Of a stretch of DNA of 64,000 nucleotides, positions 1 through 11,000 are shown piece after piece (position 1 is the stretch's first letter; every line of letters begins with the position of its first letter). Origin of the DNA: Chrysemys picta bellii (lineage: Eukaryota); the NCBI RefSeq assembly GCF_011386835.1, contig NC_088815.1, forward strand, positions 14,942,001 to 15,006,000. The letters run 5' to 3'. Position numbers and translations under genes: made by a program. The notes beneath the pieces were generated by a model. It ran no database searches, was not told the origin of the DNA, and worked only from the letters and a program-made list of their open reading frames with translations.

Positions 1-181
1 AGCGAGCTGGCGGTAAATCTGGGAAAAGAACGCAGAGTCCTAACTCCCAGGCCTCTGCTCTGACCACTAAACAGCCACACAAAGAACTAAAAATTAAACC
101 TGCCGTTAAGCAGCATGACCTTGGGGTAGGAGAGCACAGAGGGCATGAGATAAGAACCAGCAGTCAAAGGGTTAATACTAC

Positions 182-752
182 CTTTGGCAGCCTCTATGAG
201 GATCCTTAAACCGTTGTTTTCTGATACAATCATCTTGGCGTGATCATGGGCCTGGCCAAAGGGCACACGAATGTCATCATCAAATGTCATGACCCTGAGC
301 GCTGAGGAGGCCTCTCGGACCACGCCAGCACAGTCACCATGCCGGACAATGGCACCCGTCAGCAATGGCAGGATGCCACCTTTCACCAGTTCCTGGCGGT
401 TCTGCTCATGTTTCAGACAGGCGTGTCGGATGCACCGGATCCCAGCTAGAGTCATTTCAGCGTCATCTGCGTTTTCCTTCAGCGTTCGCAGCAACAGCTC
501 TTGGCCAGCAGAGTCGAGCAGGTCTGGCTGCCCATCCATGAGGGCAGAAAAAGCATGCAGGGCCTTGAGCATGGCACTTCTGTCTCCTGAGGCCAGCTTG
601 CAGGCAGACAGCACCACAGGACAGGCACCTTTCTGCCCAGCCAAGTAGCGGACAGCCAGCTGTTCTCTGCATTGCTCACTGAAGCACATGAGCTGCTCAC
701 CGACCTCACTGAGTGCAGAGTCAGCAATGGATTTCCTGAGTGAGTCTAATGT
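182..752 (-). CDS. ARMC6: ARMC6 large coding exon (ARM repeats)
   Basis: Acceptor ttttccttccttag at 754-753, donor GTAGTA at 181; in frame with ORF 87..689. Confidence 0.95.
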
Positions 753-3700
753 CTAAGGAAGGAAAATGGGGGTTAGTGTTAAACCCAAAATCTCCTGAGA
801 AAAAAATCCACTGGATCATCACATCTGCATATTTATAACCGTTTCGCCCCTTAAATTTAAGCAAATTTGGCATGGTGAGAAACACTAGACAGCCCAAGAG
901 ATAGCCATTAGTCTTTAGGCACACAATGGGGTGAGGATGTAAAATACTAAATGGCTAACAGGTAAGCATTAATCTTACCGGTTAACCAACCCTAACCATT
1001 AACCCCTGGCCCAGCCCCAGCCGCCCCAATGGCCCCAGCCCCTTTCCCTTTAACCGACTAAATGATCATTTTAATAGTTTAAACGGTTAACTTTTTTAAT
1101 GGGTATTTACATCCCTACAATGGGGTCAGAGGTGGCCTAGCACTGCTCTTCCCCCTGCAGCATGCCTCACTCCTGAGCTGCAGGGACCACCTCTAGGGAC
1201 GAAAGGGGAATTCAGTCCTCATGGCCCATTCAGCTCTTGGCCTCTCTGCAGCGTTTGCCTGGAAAATGCCTCTTGGTGATTTTTGTAAAGTGGACGAACT
1301 TGCCCATTAGCAAGTGGACTGGATCCCACTAACTCATTTCACTCAGGCCAACAAACAGGCATCGGTAAATAAGAGCATAAGCGCTGCCATACTGAGTCCG
1401 AATATGGTCCATCTTGCCCAGTATCGCATCTTTGACAGTGGCCTGTACCAGAGCTTCAGGGGGAGTGTTTGGAACAGGGCAATTATGGAGCGATCCACCT
1501 GTTATCCTCGTCTGGCAGTCAGATGCGTAGGGTCTCCCCGAGCATGGGGCTGCGTCCCTCACCACTTTGGCTAATAGCCATTAATGGACCTATCCTCCAT
1601 AAATGTAACCAGTTCTTTTTTGAACCCCAGTTATACTCTGGCCACTACAACATCCATGGCAATGGGTTTCATTCACAACAATTTGTGTGTTGTGTGAAAA
1701 AGTATTTCCTCTTGTTTGTTTTAAACCTGCTGCCTACTAATTTCATTGGGCGAGCCCTGGTTTTTGTATTGTGAGAAAGGGCAAACACCACTTCTCTGCT
1801 CACTTTATTTATCACACTGTTCGTGAATTTATAGACCTCTACGCCCCCCCCCCCCCCGTCATCTCTTTTCTAAGATGAGCAACCCTAATCTTTTTAGTCT
1901 CTCCTCATATGGAAACCATTCCCTACCCTTGATCATCTTTGTTGCAATTCTCTGAACCTTTTCCAGTTCCACTATATCATTTTTGAGATAGGGAGACAAG
2001 AACTAGACACAATATTCCAGGTGTGGATGCACCATGGATTTAAACGGGACATTATGATACTTTGTCTTATTTTCTACCCTGTCCTAAGGTTTCTAACACA
2101 CTGTTAGCCTTTTTTGACCACTGCTGCGCACTGAGTGGAAGTTTTCAGAGAACTATCCATGGTGACTCCAAGATCTCCTTCTTGGGAAGCCACAGCTAGT
2201 TTAGAACCCATCATTGTAAATGTGCAGTTGGGATTATTTTTTCCCCCAAGTAGGTTACTTTGTATTTATCAATGTTGAATTTCATCTGCCATTGTGTTGC
2301 CCAGTCACCCAGTTTTGCAAGATCCCTCGGTAACCCCTCACAGTCTGCTTTGGATTTAACTATCTTGAATAGTCTGCAAACTTTGCCACTTCACGGTTCA
2401 CTCCCTTTCCCAAATCATTTATGAATACGTTGAACAACATAGATCCTTGAGGGACCCCACTGTTCACCTCTTGGCAAAGTTATATTCACTGCTGACCTAG
2501 GGCTAGACTGGAACCAAAGACGAGAGGGGAAAGGCTCCACATCATGTTACCAATCCTCAGACTAGCCAGTGATCCCATTTATGTTATTCATGCCCTTTTC
2601 AGAACATCTATGGAGGTTTCATGTCAGGCTGACCCTTCCTTCTGGCCAAGAGGGGGCTGCCTGAAAGCTACTCAAGGCACTCCTTGCTCCTGCTGGCCAG
2701 GAAATATTATTTTGCACTTACATAACACCTTCCACCTGAGGTGCTTCAAGAGCTAACCCGGTACATGAATATCTCCATTTGACGAGTGAGGAAGCGTTAA
2801 AGCACGGTGAGGTTAGCCCTTCCTCAGGGCGCATAGAGAGTCAGTGGCAGAGTTAGAAGTGGAAGCCAGAGCTCCTTACTCGAACCACTAGACCACACAG
2901 CTTGTTGAAAAGCTACAATTAACATTTCCTACCTGCAAAATGTCGTGTTTTTGCTCTTGGCCATTTTCAGAGGTGGGTTTCCGTGCAGCTTTTACAATAG
3001 TACTCAGATCAACACCTAAAAGGCAAGAGAGAAGTAAGGAGGCAGGTGTACAGGAACTCTGGTGAAAACTGTGAAGAACATTAGGCTTATGTCTTTTTAC
3101 TGAGGGTTAACAAACACAGGCATGGATTATTAGGATGTTTGTTACATCCTTTGGAAGGGATACAAAACCAGAGTCTTGGCCATTTGCAATCAGAAAATAC
3201 CTTTTTTTAAAAGTAAGGGGCAATTCAGGCTAAATTCCAACTTGGAAAAAGTTCATTCTGCCTCTCTAAATTCCCTCCTGCTGTTTCAGCTTGAGCAGTT
3301 TTTCCTACCATGACCACTCCTTAAAAATGGGGTGTTGTAAACAACTTTGCCTCCCACCTCAGAAGAGGTTGCATTTTAGAGGCAGGCAACTGACCCTTAC
3401 ATGCAGATTCTCTGAAGAGCTTTGGGATCTTGCAGACCGAAGTGCCATAGGAAAAAGAACAAAATGGTTTAGAGAAGTGCTTCCCTTTATTAGCAGCCAG
3501 TTTCCAGAAAGAACTGAGGACATATTTTGGGATTCTTTAACACCCATAACTGGCTTATATGAGAGCTAAGTTAGCATTTCTAACACATACCCAAAAGCTC
3601 AGCAGACCCCTGATTTTTAATGTGTTGAAAGCATTTTAATTACATATCTGTCATATCCTTATTGCTTCAGAGTGAGATGGATTTGCAATACCCTGAGATT

Positions 3701-3812
3701 CAAATTGCTGGACGGCTTCTTTCGCAGCCTCATCTGGATCCATTTCAAATTCTGTGATGTTTTCTTGCACCACATCATCAAATGTTTCCTGTGTGATCCG
3801 TTTGGATGCCAT
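182..3812 (-). CDS. ARMC6: Armadillo repeat-containing protein 6, 5' coding exons (gene continues past the left edge)
   Basis: Coding exons 3812-3692 ([41 protein letters not shown]), 3015-2933 ([27 protein letters not shown]) and 752-182 (TLDSLRK...DGQPDLLD...[14 protein letters not shown]...[15 protein letters not shown]...LIEAAK). All have GT-AG boundaries with consistent phases (1, 0, 1). The peptide matches ARMC6. Confidence 0.95.
932..1117. mobile_element. hAT-type MITE
   Basis: TIR TGAGGATGTAAA / TTTACATCCCTA; perfect 8-bp TSD CAATGGGG (924-931, 1118-1125). Confidence 0.8.
1368..2472 (-). mobile_element. CR1 LINE, 5'-truncated, degenerate
   Basis: Reverse complement carries ORF2 C-terminal remnants and the 3' end (...gatggacc...cagtatggc..cttatgctctt) shared with the copy at 15905-17762. 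Confidence 0.8.
2765..2900 (-). mobile_element. MIR/CORE-type SINE fossil
   Basis: CORE-like text (ccatttgac...gagtcagtggcagagttagaa...accactagaccacac). Confidence 0.5.
3692..3812 (-). CDS. ARMC6: ARMC6 first coding exon (exon starts at 3852, ATG at 3812)
   Basis: Acceptor ...gatgacag| at 3853; 40 codons +1 nt, then donor GTATTG at 3691. Confidence 0.92.
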
Positions 3813-3964
3813 TTTATTTGATTATTAAACAGGAACCGAATGGCTTCTTGACCTGTCATCAGGAAAGCACAGAATTAGACTTGCTCCAAAACATTATGAA
3901 GTTTTTGACAGCGAGAAACAAAAATGTTTCCTTTTGACAGATAGTAGGGTGAGCTCAGAACCCA

Positions 3965-4200
3965 GAATCAGGGAAGTGTAGGACTGGAAGGGATCTCAAG
4001 AGGTCATCTAGTACAATCCCCTGCACTTAAGGCAGGAATACATAATAACTAGACCATTCCTGACAGGTGTTTGTCTAACCTGTTCTTAAAAACATCCAAT
4101 AACAGAGATTCCACAACCTCTCTAGGCAATATGTCCCAGTGTTTCACTACCCTGACAGTTAGGAAGTTTTTCCTAATGTCCAGCCTAAACCTCCTGTGCT
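3965..4200 (-). mobile_element. CR1 3' end fragment
   Basis: ggactggaagggatctcaagaggtcatctag...gattccacaacctctctaggc, the reverse of the CR1 3' terminus. Confidence 0.8.
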
Positions 4201-4204
4201 GTGA

Positions 4205-4560
4205 TGAAGATGGCTAAGGAGACTGGGAATAGGATGTAGAGCCCATCACCTATATAGGTCTTCAATTCAAATCTGGCCCAAGTTGGTAATGACCAGAAGG
4301 TATTACCATCCGACACCAGTTCAGTGGCTGTGGTTGAAGGGAGTTTGAGGTTTTCATTCCAGTTCCCAGTGGAGTGGCACAAAGCAAACCATCATATTTG
4401 GTGCTAATTGAGGCCCCTTTGTTGGCAGTCTCAACGGAGGCCAAGTTTATTTATTGACCATGGAGACTGAACGCCCATCTCTGTTAGAGGGAGCTCTTCA
4501 TTCTCAAGAGCCAGGCATACCGTCAGAGAGGAGCATGGAGAAGCTTAATTTGCTGCTACC
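4205..4560 (+). mobile_element. LF-SINE-like ancient SINE
   Basis: Blocks ccagttcccagtgga, ctaattg...ttgttggcagtctca..gaggccaag and gaccatggagactgaac resemble the LF-SINE consensus as recalled; not aligned computationally. Confidence 0.6.
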
Positions 4561-4829
4561 TATTCTGCATCTATTGCCGAGATACACAGTGGTTCTCAAT
4601 CTGCAACCTGCCCTAATCTTCCTTCACCAGCCTACCAATCCTGATATCACCCCAACAATTCATGATTTGTTCTGTGTTTTTTTAAAAAGCCATCATCAAC
4701 TTGAAATCTAATTAATTAAAAAAATATTTAAAGCAGTTTTAGATTCACCATGGAGAAGTGACTACAATTCAGGACTGGGAACCAGGGCTCCCTAAACTCT
4801 ATTTCTATTTATATGATTTAGTTGGGAAT

Positions 4830-4925
4830 TGATGATTTAGATGGGAATTGGTCCTGGTTTGAGCAGGGGGTTGGACTAGATGACCTCCTGAGGTCCCTTC
4901 CAACCCTGAGATTCTATGATTCCCA
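4830..4925 (+). mobile_element. CR1 3' terminus
   Basis: gagcagggggttggactagatgacctcctgaggtcccttccaaccctgagattctatgattc. Confidence 0.85.
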
Positions 4926-6229
4926 CTCAGCTCCTGAATCCTCTTATCAGTTTCTGCAGTTTTACAACCACATATTCCCATTTTTTAAAACATATTTTCT
5001 CTCCTGTTGCTGTGTGAAAGCCTCACAAAAACAACCGGGGAAATGGACTATACCGAAAGAGATGACCCAGAAAGCACCACTAAAAGTTCAAGACAGAGAG
5101 AAAAAGATATATATTTCCTTTATCTCTTTTAGTTACACTGAACTTGGATGTAACACTGATGGATCAAATTCACACGAGTTAATTTTTTTTTAAGTTGACA
5201 CTGTCCATTTATAAGCATTTTAAAAAAAACTGAGGCAATGAAGTGACTTGATCAAAGCCAGAAAGTTTCTGTATGTGATACCTCTGATTCAGAACACAAG
5301 AGTGTCTTCTTTTTTTTTTTAATTAAAGTATTGTGGCAACATTTGTGTAGTTTACCATTCCATAAAATAATTTTTAAATTTGATTCAGACACAGAATCAG
5401 AAACAGAATTTGAGGGGCCCTGGTTCTCAGTCCTGTATTCTAGCCATTTCACCATGGCACCAGATCCCAGCAGTTACAACATTACATATTTTAAACATTA
5501 GCAGGGTAACATGTCTATCCTATTGATTGTAAGCTCTTTGGAGCAAGTACCAGGTTTTCCTCTGTTTTGTATAGTTTCCATTGCACCGTGGCACTCAATA
5601 GGTAAGAGTAATCTCCAAGGAGAAGCTGTGCTTTTATAAGTTATTATTTAAAATTCAGTTACAAAAAAAAAAAAATGCAAAGCCACAAGACTTGGAACAA
5701 GGGGTCTTTGTTCCTGACTACAGATGCGAAGGTTCATATGGCACTGAGGTCACTGCAGCCCTACCTGTTCACAGCTCTGAACAGAAACTGCTGAGTTAGG
5801 ACAATGGCAATTTTGCCAGGCTGTGCTGGTGAGCCAGTCACGGGAGAAAGAGCGGACTGCATGAAGATATGACACCGCATTCTGAGTACCTGCCTGGGCA
5901 GATATTTATATGATCGAAAAGCCATAAGGCAGATGCATCCACCAGGATGGTCAAGGAGAACTGGGATAAGCCAGTGCTTGGCCCCCCAGGACTGGTATTT
6001 CAGGCACTAACAGCAGGTACGCTCAGCTTTTATCCTTAGCTTAAAGATAAGCCTCTGTGCTAGGCTCCAGCTTCCCTACCTGGGTCTCCACAATCTATCG
6101 GGCCCTGTAGCTTGGGATGGATAGGAATGGGGTGTTCGCTAAAATGCCACTCAGCGGGTCGGTAATGAAGGGCAGCTCAAGCCTGGCACAGGAGAGGATG
6201 CCCCCCCCTTATTGCATGGCAGCTGGAGG

Positions 6230-7620
6230 AGAGGAGCCAGGCACGTGTGGCCCCGGGGGGAGATTGGAAAGAACGGGGGCCAGCCTAGGGGAGAGAGGGG
6301 CTGGCCAGGGCTGTGTGCGAGGCAAGCGGGGTACTGCTAGGGTACAACGCAAAGGGCGCTGGGTGGGGGTTTATGAGGGGCTGTGGCGCCCCCCTGGGGG
6401 AGGGGGCGATCCCCCATGGAGGGGGGGGGGAGGGAGCTACCCCGGGGCGGGGGGCGATCCCCCATGGACGGGGGACCACTGGACTGGGTCCTCTGGTGAA
6501 GCCCATCTCAATCCCTTCCCCCCTCACCTGTGGGCCTCGCTGCTCGCCGTAGCTAGGTTCCGCCCCGGTCAACAAAGAACGAGAGACGCTCTGAGAACGG
6601 GGCTACCGCACTGACCCACTTCGGCCGCCATACGCCCTCCGCAGCGCAGAGAACCTCACCACACCACGCTCTCCCCGGCCCCGCTCAGCTGGGCGCCACA
6701 AAGCTCAGAGTACGCATGCGCACCGCGGCCACCACTTCAGCGTGAAGAAACTCACCCCATCCCACACGGCCCAAAAAGATCACGGAGACTGCGGACTGCG
6801 CAGGCGTCCGAAAGGGATATCAGTGCGCGTGCGCCACACACTCACGCGCGTTCCTCCAGCGTTAACCCAGGTGGGTCCTGCGCACGCGCAGAACCGTCCT
6901 GCGCGTGCCTATTCTCTTCCGTGCTCAGCGAGCGCCTTACCCTCTGCAGCGCATGCGCGGTGCGCGACCGTTCTGCCAGGCCAGGCGCCCTGTGGAGAAA
7001 AGTCGCAACTTGGACGAGCTGATCGATAAATCGCTGCTGCCGGGCTTTGGCGAGCCGCCGTCTGCACCGCCCGGGGGTGAGAGGCTGCGCGAGCTCTTAG
7101 TTAGTCCCGTCACCTCAGCCGCCCGTGTTTGGGGAGTTTCCTGGGGGTTCAAATGTTCAATTTTTAAATAAAAAATGAAGTGACCCCCAACCCCCGAAAT
7201 GCGTGTCAGGGGAGGGGGAGTGACTGCGCATGCGTGCGTGGGGAGGGACGGGGGGGGCAATAATCAGGGCGCATGCGCGACGGGGGCCTGCGTCAGGTGA
7301 CGCGCAGAGGCGGCTGGGAGTTTGCTGTACCGCACCGAGCGCGAGCGGGAGGCTGGGCGCGTCCTGCCTGCGGGAGTGGGGCGAGGTGCGGGTGGGGCTT
7401 GCGGTGGAGAAACCTGCTGAGGGGGAATTGAGGAAACCCCCCTTTAGAGACGCGTGACCAGCCTTCCTCCCTCTGCCCCGCGAGAGTGGTGGCTGGAGGC
7501 CTCGCCCCGGCCGGCGGCGCTTGTGGGGGCTCGGGGACCGGGGCAGCCTCAGGGAGTTGTGGAGCGATCGGTGGGAAGCCACCCAGGGCTGCTTTGGAGG
7601 CACTTATCACTTTCCTCCAG
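6230..7620. promoter_or_regulatory. CpG-island bidirectional promoter shared by ARMC6 and SUGP2
   Basis: High GC and CpG density between two divergent genes. NRF1-type GCGCATGCGC-like palindromes at 6712, 6797, 6879, 6949, 7225 and 7269; YY1-like GCCGCCAT at 6624. Confidence 0.85.
6528..6700 (-). other. ARMC6: Probable non-coding first exon of ARMC6 (TSS approximate)
   Basis: Consensus donor CAG|GTGAGG on the minus strand at 6528/6527, inside the CpG island. Confidence 0.6.
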
Positions 7621-7712
7621 GCTAGCAGGTCAGTCTGTATTGACGTCCCTTCCTGTATGGGGCCTCACGTTCTGGTCGGCCACTTGTGCCCAAGGGGGAC
7701 AGAAACACCCCC

Positions 7713-7771
7713 CCACACACACACACACAGAAACACCCCCCCACATACACACACACACACACTGTTCTTAT
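7713..7771. repeat. (CA)n compound microsatellite
   Basis: Two CA runs separated by gaaacaccccccca. Confidence 0.85.
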
Positions 7772-7944
7772 GAAAATGCTGCCCAGCCCCTCTCTCAGTG
7801 GAACACGCCACTCTTCTGTGGCCCTGTAAATGCACCCGACTTAGCCCTGCCTTTACAAGAGGCAGCTTGCTCTCCCTTGTGCAAAGAAAGGCAGTGAATG
7901 TATTTCAGTCAGAGATTGAGCATTTTTCTTGCTACAGAGTGAAA

Positions 7945-8059
7945 ATGGCCTCGAGACGAATTACGCGGGAGACTTTTGATGCTGTGGTGCAAGATAAAGT
8001 TAAAAGGTATCGGATGGACCGAAATGATGCTATAGAAGAGACAATCCATCATTTTAAAG
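7945..8059 (+). CDS. SUGP2: SUGP2 first coding exon
   Basis: Acceptor at 7937, ATG at 7945, MASRRITRETFDAVVQDKVKRYRMDRNDAIEETIHHFK +1 nt, donor GTAAGG at 8060. Confidence 0.92.
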
Positions 8060-11000
8060 GTAAGGCCCAAATCAATGCTCAGTTTGCCTCACCTGTGGAT
8101 TATGGCAGATGCGGTACAGATCATAATTTTTTTATATCTTTAAATTTTCTACTTTAAATTTGCATTAATATAGCTTTTCCCTGCATTTTTTTTGTGTAAG
8201 GGCAAAGAGGCGTGGCCCACACACTTTATAGCGGGGTCGGCAACCTTTTGGAAGTGGTGTGCCGAGTCTTCATTTATCACTCTGATTTAAAATGTATTTC
8301 ACATGTCAGTAATACATTTTAACGTTTTTAGAAGGTCTCTTTCTATAAGTCTAAACTATTGTTGTATGTAAAGTAAATAAGGTTTTTAAAATGTTTAAGA
8401 AGCTTCATTTAAAATTAAATTAAAATGCAGAGCCCCCCAGAGCGGTGGCCAGGACCTGGGCAGTGTGAGTGCCACTGAAAATCAGCTCGCGTGCTGCCTT
8501 GGGCACACGTGCCATAGGTTGCCTACCCCTGCTTTATAGTGATAGACTCAAGGAGCTCAGTCTGTTGACCTTAACAAAGGAAGATAAGGGGTGACTTGAT
8601 TACAGTTTGAGTATCTACACAGGGAACAAATATTTAGTAATGTGGTCTTCAGTGTAACAGAGAGAGGCGTAACATGGTCTAATGGCTGGAAGTTGAAATG
8701 AGATCAATTTAGACTGGAAACGAATAAATTTTTAACAGTGAAAGTAATTAACTATTGGAACAACTTGCCAGCATCGTGGTGGATTCTCCATCACTGATAT
8801 TTTTTTAAATCAAGATTGGGTATTTTTCTAAAGATATGGTCTAGGAATTATTTTGGGGAATGTCTAGGCCCTGTGTTATATAGGAGGTCAGATTAGATGA
8901 TCACAGTAGTCTCTTCTGTCCTTGAAATTTATGAATCTACGAATCCGATATTTTAAGTAATTATTTCTTGTGCAAAAACCCAGATTTTTTTAACATTTTT
9001 TGTTTTTCTATTACAAGGTGGAAAGTGCAAGATGAGAGAGAGAAATAGTTCATAGAATTGGACTTGGGCTCTCATTCGAGGAGATGTGTAGGAGTGCTGG
9101 TTGCTCAGATCTCTAAATGTGCTTGACCGCTCAGTACATTAATGCATTTTATGTTGTACTCATTTCTTCTTTTAAACTATTTCTTGCAGCTCATTCAAGA
9201 TCCGTTTCAAGACCCAGGTATGAAGACAGTTTTCATGATGATGGAAGATATTCACATGATGGTCCCCAACACCATCCGCATGACGACTGGAGAGGAGACA
9301 CTCGAGAGGACTATCCAGGGCCTTCTTATAGATCCAGTAGCCCTCTCATGAGGAAAGATGATTACTACCATGACCACTATGGCCGCCCTGCCTCTCGGGA
9401 CCGGGACTATGGCCGCCCTGCCTCTCGGGACCGGGACTATGGCCGCCCTGCCTCTCGGGACCGGGACTATGGCCGCCCTGCCTCTCGGGACCGAGACTAT
9501 GGCCGCCCTGCTTCTCGGGACCGGGACTATGGCCGCCCTCACCCTCGGGAATCCTCCAGATTGCATGACACTGACTTTGGCTCTTCTGAGCTCTTGGGTG
9601 ATTTTAGGTCACCAGGACTTGTGGAAGAGGAGTATGGGAACATAGAAAGTCAGGATTATGACCTGGAATATGGACTTCAATCTGAGAGTGAGTTCAGACC
9701 GCCAGTACGCAGAGGCAACATCGGTAGAGGAAGGATTCTGAGAGGAAAAAATATTACGAGAGGCCTGATTAAAACTAAAGTATTTAAAGGAGATATCAAA
9801 ACTCCTCTAAAGAAATGGAACACTAAAAAAACACTACCAGTGACTAATCAGAAGTCAACTCTGCAACCTGATCAGATGCCAGAAACTACAGACCGACCTA
9901 ACCAGAGGTCTGCAATTGCCCAGCGCCTTAATCAGAAACTAATCCTACGACCTAATCAGAGGTCAACTGTGACAACCCAAAGGCCTGTCATCCGAATTCG
10001 TAAGTCTGAGCATGTTCTCAGACATCTTAATTTTGATCTTGTGGACAAGTCTGACATATTCTCAACCTTTGGAATAGAAATAATAAAATGGGCTGGATTT
10101 CACACAATAAAAAATGATGCAGAATTTCAACAGCTGTTTGGGGCCCTCTTCGAGCTGGAGACAGAAACATGTGCAAAAATGCTTGCTTCATTCAAATGCT
10201 CACTAAAGCCAGAACACCGAGATTATTGTTTCTTTACCATCAAAAATTTACAACATGCTGCTTTGAAGACTCCCAAAGTAGACAATGAGTTCTTAAATAT
10301 GTTGTTGGACAAGGGTGCCATGAAGACTAAGAACTGCTTCTTTGAAATAATAAAGCCTTTTGATAAGTACATGATGAGGCTCCAAGATCGTCTTCTAAAG
10401 AGTGTCACACCTCTGCTTATGGCCTGCAATGCCTATGAATTAAGCATCAAGACAAGTGGTTTCAGTAATTCTGGAGAAATGGCAGGTGCTTTTGAGACCA
10501 CCATTTCTCTGTGTCGTAAGTCCTTGGCACTTTTGGGCCAAACCTTTGCATTAGCTTCTGCTTTCAGGCAAGAGAAAATACTTGAAGCTGTTGGTCTCCA
10601 GGAAATGGCTCCAGCACCAACGTCATTCCCAAATTTTGATGATTCAACATTATTTGGAAGAGAGTACATAGAGAACTTGAAAGCTTGGCTTGAGAAAAGT
10701 GGCTATCCAATTCAGATGAAGAAAATAGAACCTGAGTCCACAATACAGCTTAAAAAAACTGCTCCTGATACAAGACCTAAAATGAAGAGTAAGTTAAAAT
10801 GCCATAAAATATTTTTCTGATACATATTTATAAGATTTGTTTTCCCCATATAATCATGGAAGTTAAAGATGAAAAGGCCTATTAGACCATGTAGTCTCCA
10901 GTGCAAGACTATTCCCTATAATACACTCATTGGTGTTTTGTCTAGTCTAGATTTAAATGTGCCAAATGGTGGGACTTCCAACACTTGCCTTGACTTACAT

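Noticed and set aside
3659-3859. 66-aa minus-strand ORF over the ARMC6 exon
   Set aside because: Wrong frame; the real coding frame starts at ATG 3812 and is spliced at 3692.
6117-7897. Many overlapping 70-165 aa ORFs on both strands
   Set aside because: GC-rich CpG island with few stops; Gly/Pro/Ala/Arg low-complexity products with no recognisable domain.
9252-9645. Repetitive ORFs (GRAAIVPVPR; MAALPLGTGT) and a possible CRISPR-like look
   Set aside because: These are alternative frames of the SUGP2 30-nt minisatellite; the units are contiguous with no spacers, in a eukaryotic exon.
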